Source of the DNA: an uncultured SAR116 cluster alpha proteobacterium | Lineage (GTDB): Bacteria > Pseudomonadota > Alphaproteobacteria > Puniceispirillales > GCA-002684695 | Length of the DNA stretch: 64,000 nucleotides | NCBI GenBank assembly: GCA_902612965.1 | Contig: CACMFN010000007.1 | Span: 26,506-90,505 of the forward strand | Reading direction: 5' to 3' | Shown here: one piece after another, positions 30,813 through 41,465 of the stretch | Position numbering within the stretch: the stretch's first letter is position 1 | How the letters are laid out: the number at the start of each line of letters is the position of its first letter | The notes under the pieces: generated by a model | Told to the model about the DNA's origin: nothing | Databases searched by the model: none | What the model saw: the letters and a program-made list of their open reading frames with translations, nothing else | Position numbers and translations under genes: made by a program

Positions 30813-32096
30813 CTACCTTAAAATTTCAACACAAGGATATTTAACCATTAATTTTTTAAGATTAATTTTTGTTATTTTTACATCATAATTGTACCTATTA
30901 AAATCAATATTTTTTTTAGAAATAATTTTACAATTCTCATATAACCAATTTGTGATCTGTCCATAATTATTATTAAAGGAAAGTTTTGTACTTAAATACA
31001 TTTGATCAAGTTCTTTTTTAATTGCATATTTTATTTGATCAATTCCACTGCCATTCTTTGCGGAAACAAAAATTGTATTTTCACCATAAAAACTTTTACA
31101 CTCATCTTTATTAAAAAGATCTACTTTATTAAAAATTTCTATAGTTCTACTTTGTATATTTTTATCTATTCTATTTAAAACACTATATACATCTTTTCCT
31201 TCAGATATTAAATAGGGTGAAGATAAATCCCTTACATGCAAAACAATATCAGAAGAGGAAATTTCTTCTAAAGTAGATTTAAAAGATTCAATTAATTCTG
31301 TAGGCAAATCAGATATAAATCCAACAGTATCAGAAAGAATTACTTGATGATCGGATAAACCTTTAAATATTCTTCTAGTTGGGTCTAAAGTAGAAAAAAG
31401 CATATTTTTAGATAAAACATTTTCATCTAAAATTTTATTAAAAAGAGTAGATTTCCCAGCATTTGTGTAACCAACAATTGAAGCGGTAACAATATGATTT
31501 TTTTTTCTATTTTTACTTTGTATAAATCTTGTGTTTTCAACTTTAACAAGAAGTGATTTAATTTTTTTTATTCTCTTGTTTAAAATTCTTTTATCGAGCT
31601 CTAATTGAGTTTCACCAGGACCACCAAGAAATCCAAATCCACCTCTTTGTCTTTCTAAATGTGTCCATGTTTTCACTAATCTACTTTTCTGATAAATAAG
31701 ATGAGCAAGCTCAACTTGAAGTTTACCTTCATGAGTTTTTGCTCTTTTCCCAAAAATTTCTAATATTAAATGTGTTCTATCTATTACCTTCAGCTTAAAA
31801 ATTTTTTCTAAATTTCTTTGTTGAATTGGTGTTAAATCATTATTAAAAATCAAAAGATCAATTTCGTATTCTTTAATTATCTCTTTAAATTTTGAAAGGT
31901 GACCTGTTGAAAGAAAATTTCCAGGTGATGGGGATCTAAGTTTAAAAAATTCTGAATATAAAACGTTAATATTTAAAGATTTTGCGAGGTTGATGGCTTC
32001 TTTTAGTTTATGAGAAGCTAGTGAATCGTCTATATTATCCAGATATACTGATAGAATTAAACAAGCTAAGTTATTTTTTTTACTCAGTGTTTTCAA
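30813..32096 (-). CDS. hflX: GTPase HflX
   Basis: [29 protein letters not shown] and NKVD motifs; follows hfq. Confidence 0.95.
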   Translation of the reverse strand: MKTLSKKNNLACLILSVYLDNIDDSLASHKLKEAINLAKSLNINVLYSEFFKLRSPSPGNFLSTGHLSKFKEIIKEYEIDLLIFNNDLTPIQQRNLEKIFKLKVIDRTHLILEIFGKRAKTHEGKLQVELAHLIYQKSRLVKTWTHLERQRGGFGFLGGPGETQLELDKRILNKRIKKIKSLLVKVENTRFIQSKNRKKNHIVTASIVGYTNAGKSTLFNKILDENVLSKNMLFSTLDPTRRIFKGLSDHQVILSDTVGFISDLPTELIESFKSTLEEISSSDIVLHVRDLSSPYLISEGKDVYSVLNRIDKNIQSRTIEIFNKVDLFNKDECKSFYGENTIFVSAKNGSGIDQIKYAIKKELDQMYLSTKLSFNNNYGQITNWLYENCKIISKKNIDFNRYNYDVKITKINLKKLMVKYPCVEILR

Positions 32097-32310
32097 TTCC
32101 TATAGAAATAGACTCAGAAGGCATAATTGTAGATATAGAATGTTTATAAACTAATTGAATATGTGAATCCCTTTTAAGTAAAATTGAAAAGTTATCAAAC
32201 CAAGTTATTATTCCTTGAAGTTTTACACCATTAATCAGAAAAACAGTTACTGATAATTTATCTTTTCTTAATTGATTTAAAAAAGTCTCTTGTAAATTTT
32301 CAGTTTTCAT
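32080..32310 (-). CDS. hfq: RNA chaperone Hfq
   Basis: [17 protein letters not shown] and [11 protein letters not shown] motifs. Confidence 0.97.
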   Translation of the reverse strand: MKTENLQETFLNQLRKDKLSVTVFLINGVKLQGIITWFDNFSILLKRDSHIQLVYKHSISTIMPSESISIGIENTE

Positions 32311-32363
32311 TAATAAAAAGCCCCTTCAATTATATATATATAATTTAATCAAAGGCAAATAAA

Positions 32364-33743
32364 TTAAATTAAATCCATCCTTATTGATAAAATTGTTTCT
32401 AATTTTTTAACAAATTTTTTTTCAGCAAATACTATTATTATATCGTTTATGTCTATAATAGTATCACCATTTGGAATAATAATTTCATCGTCTTTATAAA
32501 TTGCACCTATACAAATTGATTTTGGCAATTTAAGGGTTCTTAGTGGTTTGCCAACTATATTTGAGGATTCTAAAGCTCGGGCTTCAAAAACCTCACCTCT
32601 TTCTTCTATAATAGAATGTATTGATTTAATACTACCACTTCTTATTTTAGAAAGGATTGACGAAACTGTTATTTGTGCTGGACTAATAACAGAATTTACA
32701 CCAAGTGTGTTAATTAATGGAATATAACTAGGTTTATTTATTAATGTAACAGCTCTAATGGCGCCACTTCTTTTAGCGAGTAAAGCTGATAAAATATTTA
32801 CTTCATCATTATTTGTTAGCGAAACAAACGTTTCAGTATTTTTAATGCCTGCCTCAGTCAAAATATCTTGATCTAAAGCATCACCATTGATAACAGATAT
32901 ATTAGTAAAAACTTCTGCTAAGAAGTTAGCTTGTTCTCTTTTATTTTCAATAATTGAAATATTTAATTCTTTCATTTTTTCATTTAATATATCAACAGTA
33001 TTTTTGCCTATCTCCCCACCTCCAGCAATTATTATTGAATTAGCAGTTTTTTCCTCATGTCCAAAAGCTAACATACACCTACTAATTTGACTTGAGTCAC
33101 AGACAAAATAAACTCTATCTAAAGCTTCCATTTTTTCTGAACCGTCTCGTGGAACAAGAACTTCACCAGATCGAATTATAGCAACAATGTTCATTTGTAG
33201 TTCAGGAAATAAATCTTTTAAATGCCTCGTAGTGACACCCAATAAGGGGCAGTCTTCCTCACAGATAACACCAATTAATTGTAACTTACCGTCAACAAAG
33301 TCCCCAACATCAAATGCCCCTGGTATTTGAAGTCTTTTTGAAACAGCTTTTGAAACCTCTTGCTCAGGTGAGATTTTGAAATCAATAGGTAAGTTTTCTG
33401 AGTTATATATTTTTTCAATTCTTGGATCTAAGTATGACTGTGAACGAATTCGAGCAATCTTTAAAGGCGTTGAAAAAATTGAATGAGCTATTTGGCATAC
33501 TATCATATTTACTTCATCAGATTGAGTAACAGCAATAATCATATCAGCTTCATCAATACCTGCCTGTTTAAGAACTTCTGGATATGATGCTAATCCTTCT
33601 ACACCGCTAACATCTGAATGATCGAGTACTTTTCTTAGACGTTCTTGATTTTGGTCTATAATTGTAACGTCATTTTCTTCTTCAGATAAGTGAGAGGCTA
33701 TACTTTCACCTACTTGTCCAGCTCCACATATTATTATTTTCAT
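32364..33743 (-). CDS. trkA: Trk system potassium uptake protein TrkA
   Basis: Two RCK NAD-binding domains (GAGQVG, GGGEIG); AVTQSDEVN; 459 aa. Confidence 0.95.
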   Translation of the reverse strand: MKIIICGAGQVGESIASHLSEEENDVTIIDQNQERLRKVLDHSDVSGVEGLASYPEVLKQAGIDEADMIIAVTQSDEVNMIVCQIAHSIFSTPLKIARIRSQSYLDPRIEKIYNSENLPIDFKISPEQEVSKAVSKRLQIPGAFDVGDFVDGKLQLIGVICEEDCPLLGVTTRHLKDLFPELQMNIVAIIRSGEVLVPRDGSEKMEALDRVYFVCDSSQISRCMLAFGHEEKTANSIIIAGGGEIGKNTVDILNEKMKELNISIIENKREQANFLAEVFTNISVINGDALDQDILTEAGIKNTETFVSLTNNDEVNILSALLAKRSGAIRAVTLINKPSYIPLINTLGVNSVISPAQITVSSILSKIRSGSIKSIHSIIEERGEVFEARALESSNIVGKPLRTLKLPKSICIGAIYKDDEIIIPNGDTIIDINDIIIVFAEKKFVKKLETILSIRMDLI

Positions 33744-33760
33744 ATATCACCAATTAAGTA

Positions 33761-35119
33761 TTATTTATAAATTTCTAGGTTTTTTAATTTTCTATGCAAA
33801 GCTGATCGTTCCATTTGTATAAATGATGAAGTTCGTGATACATTACCTGAAAATCTATCTATTTGAGCAGACAAATACTCTTTTTCAAATTTTTCCCTAG
33901 CTTCTTTTAAATTAAAAGATAAATAGTCATTTATAGAACTTAATTGTTTTTCTTTCGGCACAAAGTTAATTTCTGGAGGAAGCATCTCTGATGTAATTAT
34001 CCCATTACCATTATTTGGGGCCATTATTAATAACCAGTCAATTATATTTCTTAATTCGTTTAAGTTACCTGGCCAATCATATTGTTGCAAACATGCAAGT
34101 GCATCATCACTTAAAGTTCTAACTGGCTTGTTTAAAGTAGCTGCAGATGAAGACATATAATATTTTACAAGATCAGGAATGTCTTGAGAATGATTTTTTA
34201 AATCAGGCATCTCGATTGGAACTACTCCCAGCCTATAATATAAATCTTCTCTAAGCAAACCTTGTTCAATCTGTTCTTTAATATTTTTGGACGAAGATGA
34301 AATAACTCTAACATCTACACTCAATTCAAAATTACCACCAATACGTTTAAATCTCTGTTGTTGGATTGCATAAATTATTTTTCCTTGTAATTCAAGAGAC
34401 AGATCACAAATCTCATCAAAATATAAAGTACCCCTATTCGATTTTTCAAACAAACCTAAACGTCTTTTATTATTATCTAATCTAAACTCTTTTCCAAAGA
34501 GTTCTTCTTCAGTTACCATTGAACAGTTAACATGAACAAAACTTGAATTTCTTCTTGGAGATTCTTGATGAATTGTTCGTGCACAAGCTTCTTTACCTGA
34601 TCCAGATGATCCCAATATTAGGACCCTACTATTTGTTTGAGACACTTTTGCTATTGTCTGCCTAACTGAATTTATAATTGAAGATTTTCCAACAATCATA
34701 TCTGTTCTTCTGACTTGTTGCTTTAACTCTTCATTTTCTTTTTTTAATTCTGAGTTTTCTAAAGCACGTGAAACCATGAATAATAGTTTTTCAGACTTAA
34801 ACGGCTTTTCTATGAAATCATAGGCACCAGCTTTAATAGCATTTACAGCAATTTCAACAGTTCCATGCCCTGAGATCATCAATACAGGTATTTCTGGGTT
34901 ACTATCTTTAATCCAATTTAAAAGTGAAAGGCCATCCATTGTACTATCACGCATCCATATATCTAGTATAATCAACGAAGGTATTTCAATATTTATTTTT
35001 GCTTGAGCTTCCTGAGCATTTGACACACAGTCAGTATTATACCCCTCATCATTTAATATAACTGATATTACATCTCTAATATCAGGTTCATCATCAACAA
35101 TAAGTATATTTTGTTTCAT
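33761..35119 (-). CDS. ntrX: Response regulator NtrX (receiver, AAA+, Fis HTH)
   Basis: VDDE, LDIW, ISGHG, GSGKE, FDEI, REDLYYRL and MERSALHRK motifs. Start placed at MKQNIL; the track begins at 35146. Confidence 0.93.
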   Translation of the reverse strand: MKQNILIVDDEPDIRDVISVILNDEGYNTDCVSNAQEAQAKINIEIPSLIILDIWMRDSTMDGLSLLNWIKDSNPEIPVLMISGHGTVEIAVNAIKAGAYDFIEKPFKSEKLLFMVSRALENSELKKENEELKQQVRRTDMIVGKSSIINSVRQTIAKVSQTNSRVLILGSSGSGKEACARTIHQESPRRNSSFVHVNCSMVTEEELFGKEFRLDNNKRRLGLFEKSNRGTLYFDEICDLSLELQGKIIYAIQQQRFKRIGGNFELSVDVRVISSSSKNIKEQIEQGLLREDLYYRLGVVPIEMPDLKNHSQDIPDLVKYYMSSSAATLNKPVRTLSDDALACLQQYDWPGNLNELRNIIDWLLIMAPNNGNGIITSEMLPPEINFVPKEKQLSSINDYLSFNLKEAREKFEKEYLSAQIDRFSGNVSRTSSFIQMERSALHRKLKNLEIYK

Positions 35120-35129
35120 CAAATCAATC

Positions 35130-37292
35130 TCATATAGGAAATTCAATTATTATTTTTGCTCCACCGAGTTTTGAATCTTCTAAAATAAGTTTACCATTAT
35201 GCTCTTCTATTATTCTACTAACAATTGATAGCCCCAGTCCTGTACCTTTATCTCTTAATGTAACATATGGGTTAGTTAAACTTTCCCTATTTTTTGGAAA
35301 ACCTGGTCCATTATCTTCAATTATTAGCAAAACTTTAGCTTTTTTCAATTCTGTTAGAACTTTTATCAAACCTGTATTATTAGATGGGCTTTCATTAATA
35401 GAATCAACTGAATTTTGAAAAATATTTGTTAAAGCTTGTCTTAGTTGTTGTGCGTCAATCATCATTTTATAATCTTTAGGCAGATTATTTATGTAAGACC
35501 ATTCAATATTTTTATTAACTGTTTTAAATAAAGATAATTGTGTTGAAACTACTTTATTTAAATCACCTGAGTAGAGATTAACTTTAGGCATTCTTGCAAA
35601 AGAACTAAACTCATTTACTAAATTTTTTATATCATCAACTTGCCTTTGTATTGTTTCTAAATAGTTATTAAAAGACTTTAACTCAGAATCATTTTTTGGT
35701 TTAAATTTATTGTATATTCTCTCTACTGAAAGTTGGAGAGGAGTTAATGGATTTCTAATTTCATGGGCAATTCTTTGTGCAATATCTGACCAAGCAGCTT
35801 TTTTTTGAGCGGAAAGCAATTCTGTTATATCGTCAAAAGTTATTACATATCCAGAAATCTTCCCTTCAATAATTTCAGAAGATATTCTTGAGAAAAAAGT
35901 ACGAACCTCGCCATTTATTTTAATTTTTATTTGGCCTTCATTACTATTTAATTTTCTACTTTCTATTTTTGAGAATAAGTTTGCAAAATCAGGAAATAAC
36001 TTTATAAAGTTACTTCCATAAAATTTATCTTCAGTAATGTTTAATAGTTGAAGTGCCTTTGAATTAGGTAAATTTACTGTACCATTTGAATCTAATCCAA
36101 TTACACCCGATGAAACCCCAGATAAAATAGCTTCTGTAAATTCTCTTCTTTGATTAATTTGATAATTAGCTGAAATCAACTCTTTTTTATTTCTTGATAT
36201 TTCATCTAACATTTTATTAAAACTTAGTCCTAATCTAGAAATCTCTTCTATTCCTAAATTACTCTTAACTCTTACATCTAAATTTCCTGATCGTGCAATA
36301 TTAGCAACACTAATCACTGAACTCAATGGCTTTATAATCGAATTTGCAAGTATTAATCCCACCCAAAGAGCTAATAATAATAAAAATAAAGCGACTAGAA
36401 AAAAAAGAGCGCCAAATGAAATTTGTAAATTAGTACTCTCTATGTTTAAAAATTGATATTGATCAGACGCTAATTTTGTTCTATCTATAGCTGCTAAAAC
36501 TGATGGTTCCAAAAATCTTCCCGCATAAAGATAAACATCAACTAATCTATTTATTTTAACCAAACCTCTTATTTTATTATTGCTATCAGATCTTAAAATA
36601 ATTAAGTCACCATTTTGTGCTTGATTAAAAATTTGATCATCTAAATCATTTAGAGCAATAGAAAAAGCAAATTGTGACCTCGCTAAAACCATTTTTGAAC
36701 TATTTAGCAAGATTGCTTCAGATAAATTTCTAATTGCTGCTTGTGTAGAAAGATAATTATCTAAAGTATTTGGATTTGAAACAAGTTTTGGAGCTTCTCT
36801 GTTTATATCATTTACCATCTCTAGTATTGAGCCCCTTACACTTCTTGTATGTTCACTTAAATAATCTTCTGCCACCTTTACTGATTCATTAACCGCTGTA
36901 GAAATTCTATCTGAAAACCACCCTCTAAAACTGTAATCAACAATAAAATATCCAAATGTCGCTAAAATTATTGATGGTAAAATTGATATTCCACCAAACA
37001 AAATTGCAATTCGCCAATGCAATTCTGAACCAGCATTATTTTTATTATGATCAACAATAATTTTATTTATTTGATAAGCAACTAGGATCGAAAGGACAAT
37101 CAGTCCAATTGCAAAAAGAATTACCAATATAAAAAAAATTATTTCAGTTTCTGAATTGAAAAATAATTGTATTGGTATTAAAAAGAGAGATAATGTGAAA
37201 ACTATAGAAACAACAATAAATATTGACAAAACAACCCTAAACTGAGACGCAAATTTATTATTAAAATTCAAAAATCTCCTAAAAAATTTCAA
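35130..37292 (-). CDS. ntrY: Sensor histidine kinase NtrY
   Basis: TM segments, HAMP and PAS domains; AAWSDIAQRIAHEIRNPLTP H-box; DNGPG and GTGLGL. Confidence 0.93.
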   Translation of the reverse strand: MKFFRRFLNFNNKFASQFRVVLSIFIVVSIVFTLSLFLIPIQLFFNSETEIIFFILVILFAIGLIVLSILVAYQINKIIVDHNKNNAGSELHWRIAILFGGISILPSIILATFGYFIVDYSFRGWFSDRISTAVNESVKVAEDYLSEHTRSVRGSILEMVNDINREAPKLVSNPNTLDNYLSTQAAIRNLSEAILLNSSKMVLARSQFAFSIALNDLDDQIFNQAQNGDLIILRSDSNNKIRGLVKINRLVDVYLYAGRFLEPSVLAAIDRTKLASDQYQFLNIESTNLQISFGALFFLVALFLLLLALWVGLILANSIIKPLSSVISVANIARSGNLDVRVKSNLGIEEISRLGLSFNKMLDEISRNKKELISANYQINQRREFTEAILSGVSSGVIGLDSNGTVNLPNSKALQLLNITEDKFYGSNFIKLFPDFANLFSKIESRKLNSNEGQIKIKINGEVRTFFSRISSEIIEGKISGYVITFDDITELLSAQKKAAWSDIAQRIAHEIRNPLTPLQLSVERIYNKFKPKNDSELKSFNNYLETIQRQVDDIKNLVNEFSSFARMPKVNLYSGDLNKVVSTQLSLFKTVNKNIEWSYINNLPKDYKMMIDAQQLRQALTNIFQNSVDSINESPSNNTGLIKVLTELKKAKVLLIIEDNGPGFPKNRESLTNPYVTLRDKGTGLGLSIVSRIIEEHNGKLILEDSKLGGAKIIIEFPI

Positions 37293-38701
37293 CTTTTTAC
37301 TTTCTTTATTATTTCAATATCAAGTTCATTAATTTTTTTTCTAAGAGTATTCCTATTTAAACCTAATAGCCTAGAGGCTTTGATTTGATTACCATTTACA
37401 ACCGAAAGTGTTTTTCTAATAAGACTATGTTCAAGCTTTCTTAAAAGAAAATTATATAAACAGTCAGAATACCTTGAAATATCTGCATTTTTAAAAAAAT
37501 TTTCTAATTCTAAATCAAATATTTCTGAAAAATTACTAAAATCATTATTTAACTGTTCTTTTACTTTATCCAGTTCACTTTTAACAAACTTTTCATTTAT
37601 TAATTTTCCTGGTGATAAAATCACTAGCCTATTAATAAAAGTTTCAAGTTCTTTTACATTACCAGGCCAACTATAATTTTCTAATTCTTTAGAAGCATAA
37701 TTATTCATAGATTTTATTGGCAAATTTTTAATTTGATTTAAATTTAAAAAGTTATCAACTAAATCCTTTATATCCTCTTTTCTCTCTCTTAATGGTGGAA
37801 TATTCAAAGGTATGATATTTAAATAATAAAACAAATCTTCTCTAAATTCTCCTTTTTCGATTAATTTTATTAGATTTTCACTTGATGAAATAATAAATCT
37901 TACATTTTTAATATTCTCATTTTCAATTTTTGAGAAAGTATTTCTAAGCAAGTTAAGCAAATGTGCCTGAAAACTTAAACTTATTTCGTTTATATTATCT
38001 AAATATATCGTTGAATTTTCAAATAATAGATTAGAAATTTTCTTTTGAATTGTTTTACTATTGTCCATGCTTAGATTAATTTTAAAAAAATTTTTGTTTT
38101 GATTACTTAAATCATGAACAGTTTTGGCAATAAGATCTTTCCCAGTGCCAGATTCACCAGTTAATAAAACTGTCAAATTATGTCCTATAAGTTTAGATAT
38201 TGCATGAAAAATATTAAGCATTGGTTCGCTTTTACCAATTAAATTTTTGTTAAAGTCTTTATTTTCACTATTTTTTAGTTTCTTTTTATTAACACTTAAT
38301 TCATCAAAAGCATTTTCAGTTACTTGAAGTACTTTGTTTATGTCAAAAGGCTTTGAAATAAATTCAAAAGCTCCGTGTCTTACTGCTTTTACTGCTGTTG
38401 AAAGAGTTGAAAAGGCACTGATTACAATAATTGGTAAATTTGGATACTTTTTTTTAATATCAGGAATCTCATTAAAAAAATTCCCATCAGGAAGCTTTAC
38501 ATCACTTATTATTAAATCTGGAGAAAAGTTATTTATTAAGCGATGAAGCCCAGCAAGATTTCCTGTTGTTTCTACTTGATAATTACTTTTTGCAAATAAA
38601 GTTTTTAAAATAAATCTAATATTCTTATCATCGTCCACAATTATAATAAACTTTTTATTATGATTTCTTTTATAAGCTTTTGAGAAAGTATAATCTTGCA
38701 T
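37289..38701 (-). CDS. ntrC: Nitrogen regulator NtrC-like response regulator with a degenerate AAA+ domain
   Basis: Receiver domain (VDDD, SDVKLPD), GESGTGK and the C-terminal GNQIKASRLLGLNRNTLRKKI HTH typical of NtrC; lies between ntrB and ntrY. Confidence 0.88.
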   Translation of the reverse strand: MQDYTFSKAYKRNHNKKFIIIVDDDKNIRFILKTLFAKSNYQVETTGNLAGLHRLINNFSPDLIISDVKLPDGNFFNEIPDIKKKYPNLPIIVISAFSTLSTAVKAVRHGAFEFISKPFDINKVLQVTENAFDELSVNKKKLKNSENKDFNKNLIGKSEPMLNIFHAISKLIGHNLTVLLTGESGTGKDLIAKTVHDLSNQNKNFFKINLSMDNSKTIQKKISNLLFENSTIYLDNINEISLSFQAHLLNLLRNTFSKIENENIKNVRFIISSSENLIKLIEKGEFREDLFYYLNIIPLNIPPLRERKEDIKDLVDNFLNLNQIKNLPIKSMNNYASKELENYSWPGNVKELETFINRLVILSPGKLINEKFVKSELDKVKEQLNNDFSNFSEIFDLELENFFKNADISRYSDCLYNFLLRKLEHSLIRKTLSVVNGNQIKASRLLGLNRNTLRKKINELDIEIIKKVKS

Positions 38702-38702
38702 A

Positions 38703-39776
38703 TTAACTATTAAAGGGAAAACTAAGTCTAAAAGTTGTTTTATTATTTTTATCTAAGTATTCTACTTTTCCTTGATGTAACTTCATTGTTGCTTGTACCT
38801 GTGTTAAGCCCAAACCAGATCCATTGTTTTTACCTGAAACAAATGGATTAAATAAAATATCTTTTAAATGGTCTGGTACACCTTCTCCATTATCAGAAAT
38901 TTCTACAATAATAGGTGTAACCTTATTTTCATTTCCTAGATACTTTGCCTTTGGAGCCCATAAAGAATAAGTAGTATAGATATAAATTTTACCCCTTACA
39001 TTATTATTAATTGCTTCTGAAGAATTTTTAAAAAGATTTATAAATAATTGTATAAGTGTATCCTTATCACCAAATATATATGGTAAAGATGGGTCAAATT
39101 CTTTTATAAAATTTATATCTTCGCCAAAACTAATTTTTGAAATTTTAATTGATTGATCTAGTATCTCATGGATATTTAGCTTTTCAAGCTCAGGGATCTC
39201 ATTTGAAAATAAATACTCAATTTTATTTAATATTTTATCTATTCTGTCACTTTCATGAATGATTATATCAGTAAACTCCTTTTTATCTTCTTTCATGTCA
39301 TTCGAAAGCAGTTGTGCAGAACCCTTAATTGCTGAAAGAGGATTTTTAATTTCATGAGCTAACATTTTAGTCAATTTAGAAAAACCATTTGTATCTTGGG
39401 TATCAAGGATTTCTTTATTTTGGATAAAAGTATTTTTAGATAGTAAAACTAAATAATATTCAAGATTTTCATCATAAATTGAAACATAAATATCATTATT
39501 TGGAGAGAAAAAATTAAATCCTGTTAAATTTATTTTTTCAATTGAGATTGGATTCTTTTCTTTTTTAACTCTTTTGATAGTATCAACTAACAAATTATCT
39601 TGATTAAAAATATTTTCTATATTTTTTAAACTTAATCTATCATCAAAATTTAATTCTTCTTTGGCCGATAGATTTGCATATAAAATTTTTAGATTTTTAT
39701 CAATTATTAGAATAGATACAGGTAATGAATTAAAAATATTTTCAAAGTTTAATTTGTCTAAATGGTTAATAATCAT
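38703..39776 (-). CDS. ntrB: Nitrogen regulation sensor kinase NtrB
   Basis: PAS domain, MLAHEIKNPLSAI H-box, FDPSLP, DNGEG and GSGLGL motifs. Confidence 0.9.
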   Translation of the reverse strand: MIINHLDKLNFENIFNSLPVSILIIDKNLKILYANLSAKEELNFDDRLSLKNIENIFNQDNLLVDTIKRVKKEKNPISIEKINLTGFNFFSPNNDIYVSIYDENLEYYLVLLSKNTFIQNKEILDTQDTNGFSKLTKMLAHEIKNPLSAIKGSAQLLSNDMKEDKKEFTDIIIHESDRIDKILNKIEYLFSNEIPELEKLNIHEILDQSIKISKISFGEDINFIKEFDPSLPYIFGDKDTLIQLFINLFKNSSEAINNNVRGKIYIYTTYSLWAPKAKYLGNENKVTPIIVEISDNGEGVPDHLKDILFNPFVSGKNNGSGLGLTQVQATMKLHQGKVEYLDKNNKTTFRLSFPFNS

Positions 39777-39885
39777 AATAAATTATTGTTTATTTTGATA
39801 TATTATCTAAAAATTAAATATATTTAGTTATTTTAATTTATTATTAAAAAACATTAAATATCAATCTTTAAAGCTGGAGAAAAAA

Positions 39886-41028
39886 ATTAAAAAATTTAAT
39901 GCCATTTTGGTTGCTGCTGGGAAAGGCTCTAGACTACAAAGTAAAGTGCCAAAACAATATCTAAAAATTGGGGATCACCAAATAGTTGATATTTGTATTA
40001 ATATGATATCTAGTCATAAATTTTGTAAATATTTAATTGTGGTATTAGATAAAGATTATTCTAAATATTATAAATTTAAAAATACAAAAAAAAATATAGT
40101 ATTTATTACTGGAGGAAAAAGCCGACATGAATCAGTATTTAAAGCTATAAAAGTATTACCTAAGAATAATTTTTTATTATTAATTCATGATGCAGCAAGA
40201 CCTGGTATAGATCATATAATTATTGATAAATTAATTAATAGTCTTAGCAAAGAATTTTCAGGTGTGGTGCCTACATTACCAATAAACGATAGCATTATTA
40301 AAAAAGATAAAATTCTATCATCAGTGAAAAGAGAGAATTTATATAGAATTCAAACACCGCAAATCTTTTCAGCTAATGTTTTAAGTTTAAAAGATTTTGA
40401 TAAAAATAATGAAGCTACTGATGAATCAGAAATAATAATCAAAAAAAATAAAAAAGTAAAAATTATTAAAGGAAATGAAAAACTACATAAAATTACAACA
40501 GAGTGGGATTACAAATTTTTAATGAATATTTTTGATACACAAAATAATATAAGAACAGGCAATGGATTTGATGTTCATGCATTTACAAAAGAGCCTTCAA
40601 AATTAATACTTGGTGGAGTAATTATTGATTATCAATTTGGACTTAAAGGCCATTCTGATGCCGATGTTTTACTTCATTCAATTACTGATGCTATTCTTGG
40701 TTCAATTTCTATGGGTGATATAGGTACGCATTTCCCTCCAAATGAAAGCAAGTGGAAAAATGCAAACAGTTCTATTTTTTTAAAAAAATCTTTAAAGTTA
40801 CTTAAAGAAAAAAATGGAGAGATCAATAATTTAGATATTACAATTATATGTGAAGAACCCAAAATTAGCACATATACAAAAGAAATCCAAAAAAACTTAT
40901 CTAAACTTTTAAATATTAAAGAAGAAAAAATTTCTTTAAAAGCAACAACTACGGAAGGTCTTGGATTTACAGGAAGGAAAGAGGGTATAGCTGTAATGTC
41001 AAATATTTTAGTAAATATTAAATCTTAA
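39886..41028 (+). CDS. ispDF: Bifunctional IspD/IspF (MEP pathway)
   Basis: AAGKGSRL, HDAARP and QTPQ (IspD); GNGFDVH, GHSDADV and KATTTEGLG (IspF). The track start (TTG 39907) falls inside the first beta-strand, so ATT 39886, with GGAG 6 nt upstream, is proposed. Confidence 0.92.
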   Translation: MKKFNAILVAAGKGSRLQSKVPKQYLKIGDHQIVDICINMISSHKFCKYLIVVLDKDYSKYYKFKNTKKNIVFITGGKSRHESVFKAIKVLPKNNFLLLIHDAARPGIDHIIIDKLINSLSKEFSGVVPTLPINDSIIKKDKILSSVKRENLYRIQTPQIFSANVLSLKDFDKNNEATDESEIIIKKNKKVKIIKGNEKLHKITTEWDYKFLMNIFDTQNNIRTGNGFDVHAFTKEPSKLILGGVIIDYQFGLKGHSDADVLLHSITDAILGSISMGDIGTHFPPNESKWKNANSSIFLKKSLKLLKEKNGEINNLDITIICEEPKISTYTKEIQKNLSKLLNIKEEKISLKATTTEGLGFTGRKEGIAVMSNILVNIKS

Positions 41029-41459
41029 TTATTATACAAATGGGCAGCTCTTTTTTCAAAAGCTGTTACCATTCTTTTAAATGCGTCTGAAAAAAGACTC
41101 TCCATTAATGATTGAAAAAAAATATTTTTAAACTCAAAATCTAAATAAAAATTTATTTCACAATAATCTTTGTCTTCATTAAATTCCCATTTATTAGTTA
41201 AAAACTTGAATGGGCCATCCTCATAAGACACAGATATTTTCATATTTTTTTTATCTAATTTTACCCTACTTCTAAATTTTTCTTTGAAAACTTGAAACCC
41301 AATCATTAAGTCTGCAATTAATATATTATTGTCGTTTGAAATAACCCTTGAAGCAACACACCAAGGAAGAAACTCTGGATATTTCTCTATATCAGCAACT
41401 AAATCAAACATCTTCAGTGGCGTATATGGAACTTTTCTTTTTTCAGAATGTTTAGTCAT
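41025..41459 (-). CDS. Coq10/RatA-family START-domain protein
   Basis: MFDLVADIEKYPEFLPWC, GPFKFL.NKW and AFEKRA motifs; downstream of lipA. Confidence 0.9.
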   Translation of the reverse strand: MTKHSEKRKVPYTPLKMFDLVADIEKYPEFLPWCVASRVISNDNNILIADLMIGFQVFKEKFRSRVKLDKKNMKISVSYEDGPFKFLTNKWEFNEDKDYCEINFYLDFEFKNIFFQSLMESLFSDAFKRMVTAFEKRAAHLYNN

Positions 41460-41465
41460 TTAAAA

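Noticed and set aside
32328..32345. AATTATATATATATAATT palindrome upstream of hfq
   Set aside because: Low-complexity TA run, expected by chance in this base composition.
33761..35119. NtrX lacks GAFTGA
   Set aside because: This is an established property of alphaproteobacterial NtrX, unlike the case for NtrC.
39886..41028. IspD-IspF fusion
   Set aside because: Common in Alpha- and Epsilonproteobacteria.
41025..41459. RatA as a toxin-antitoxin toxin
   Set aside because: No antitoxin neighbour. Coq10-like genes beside lipA are conserved housekeeping genes linked to ubiquinone function.
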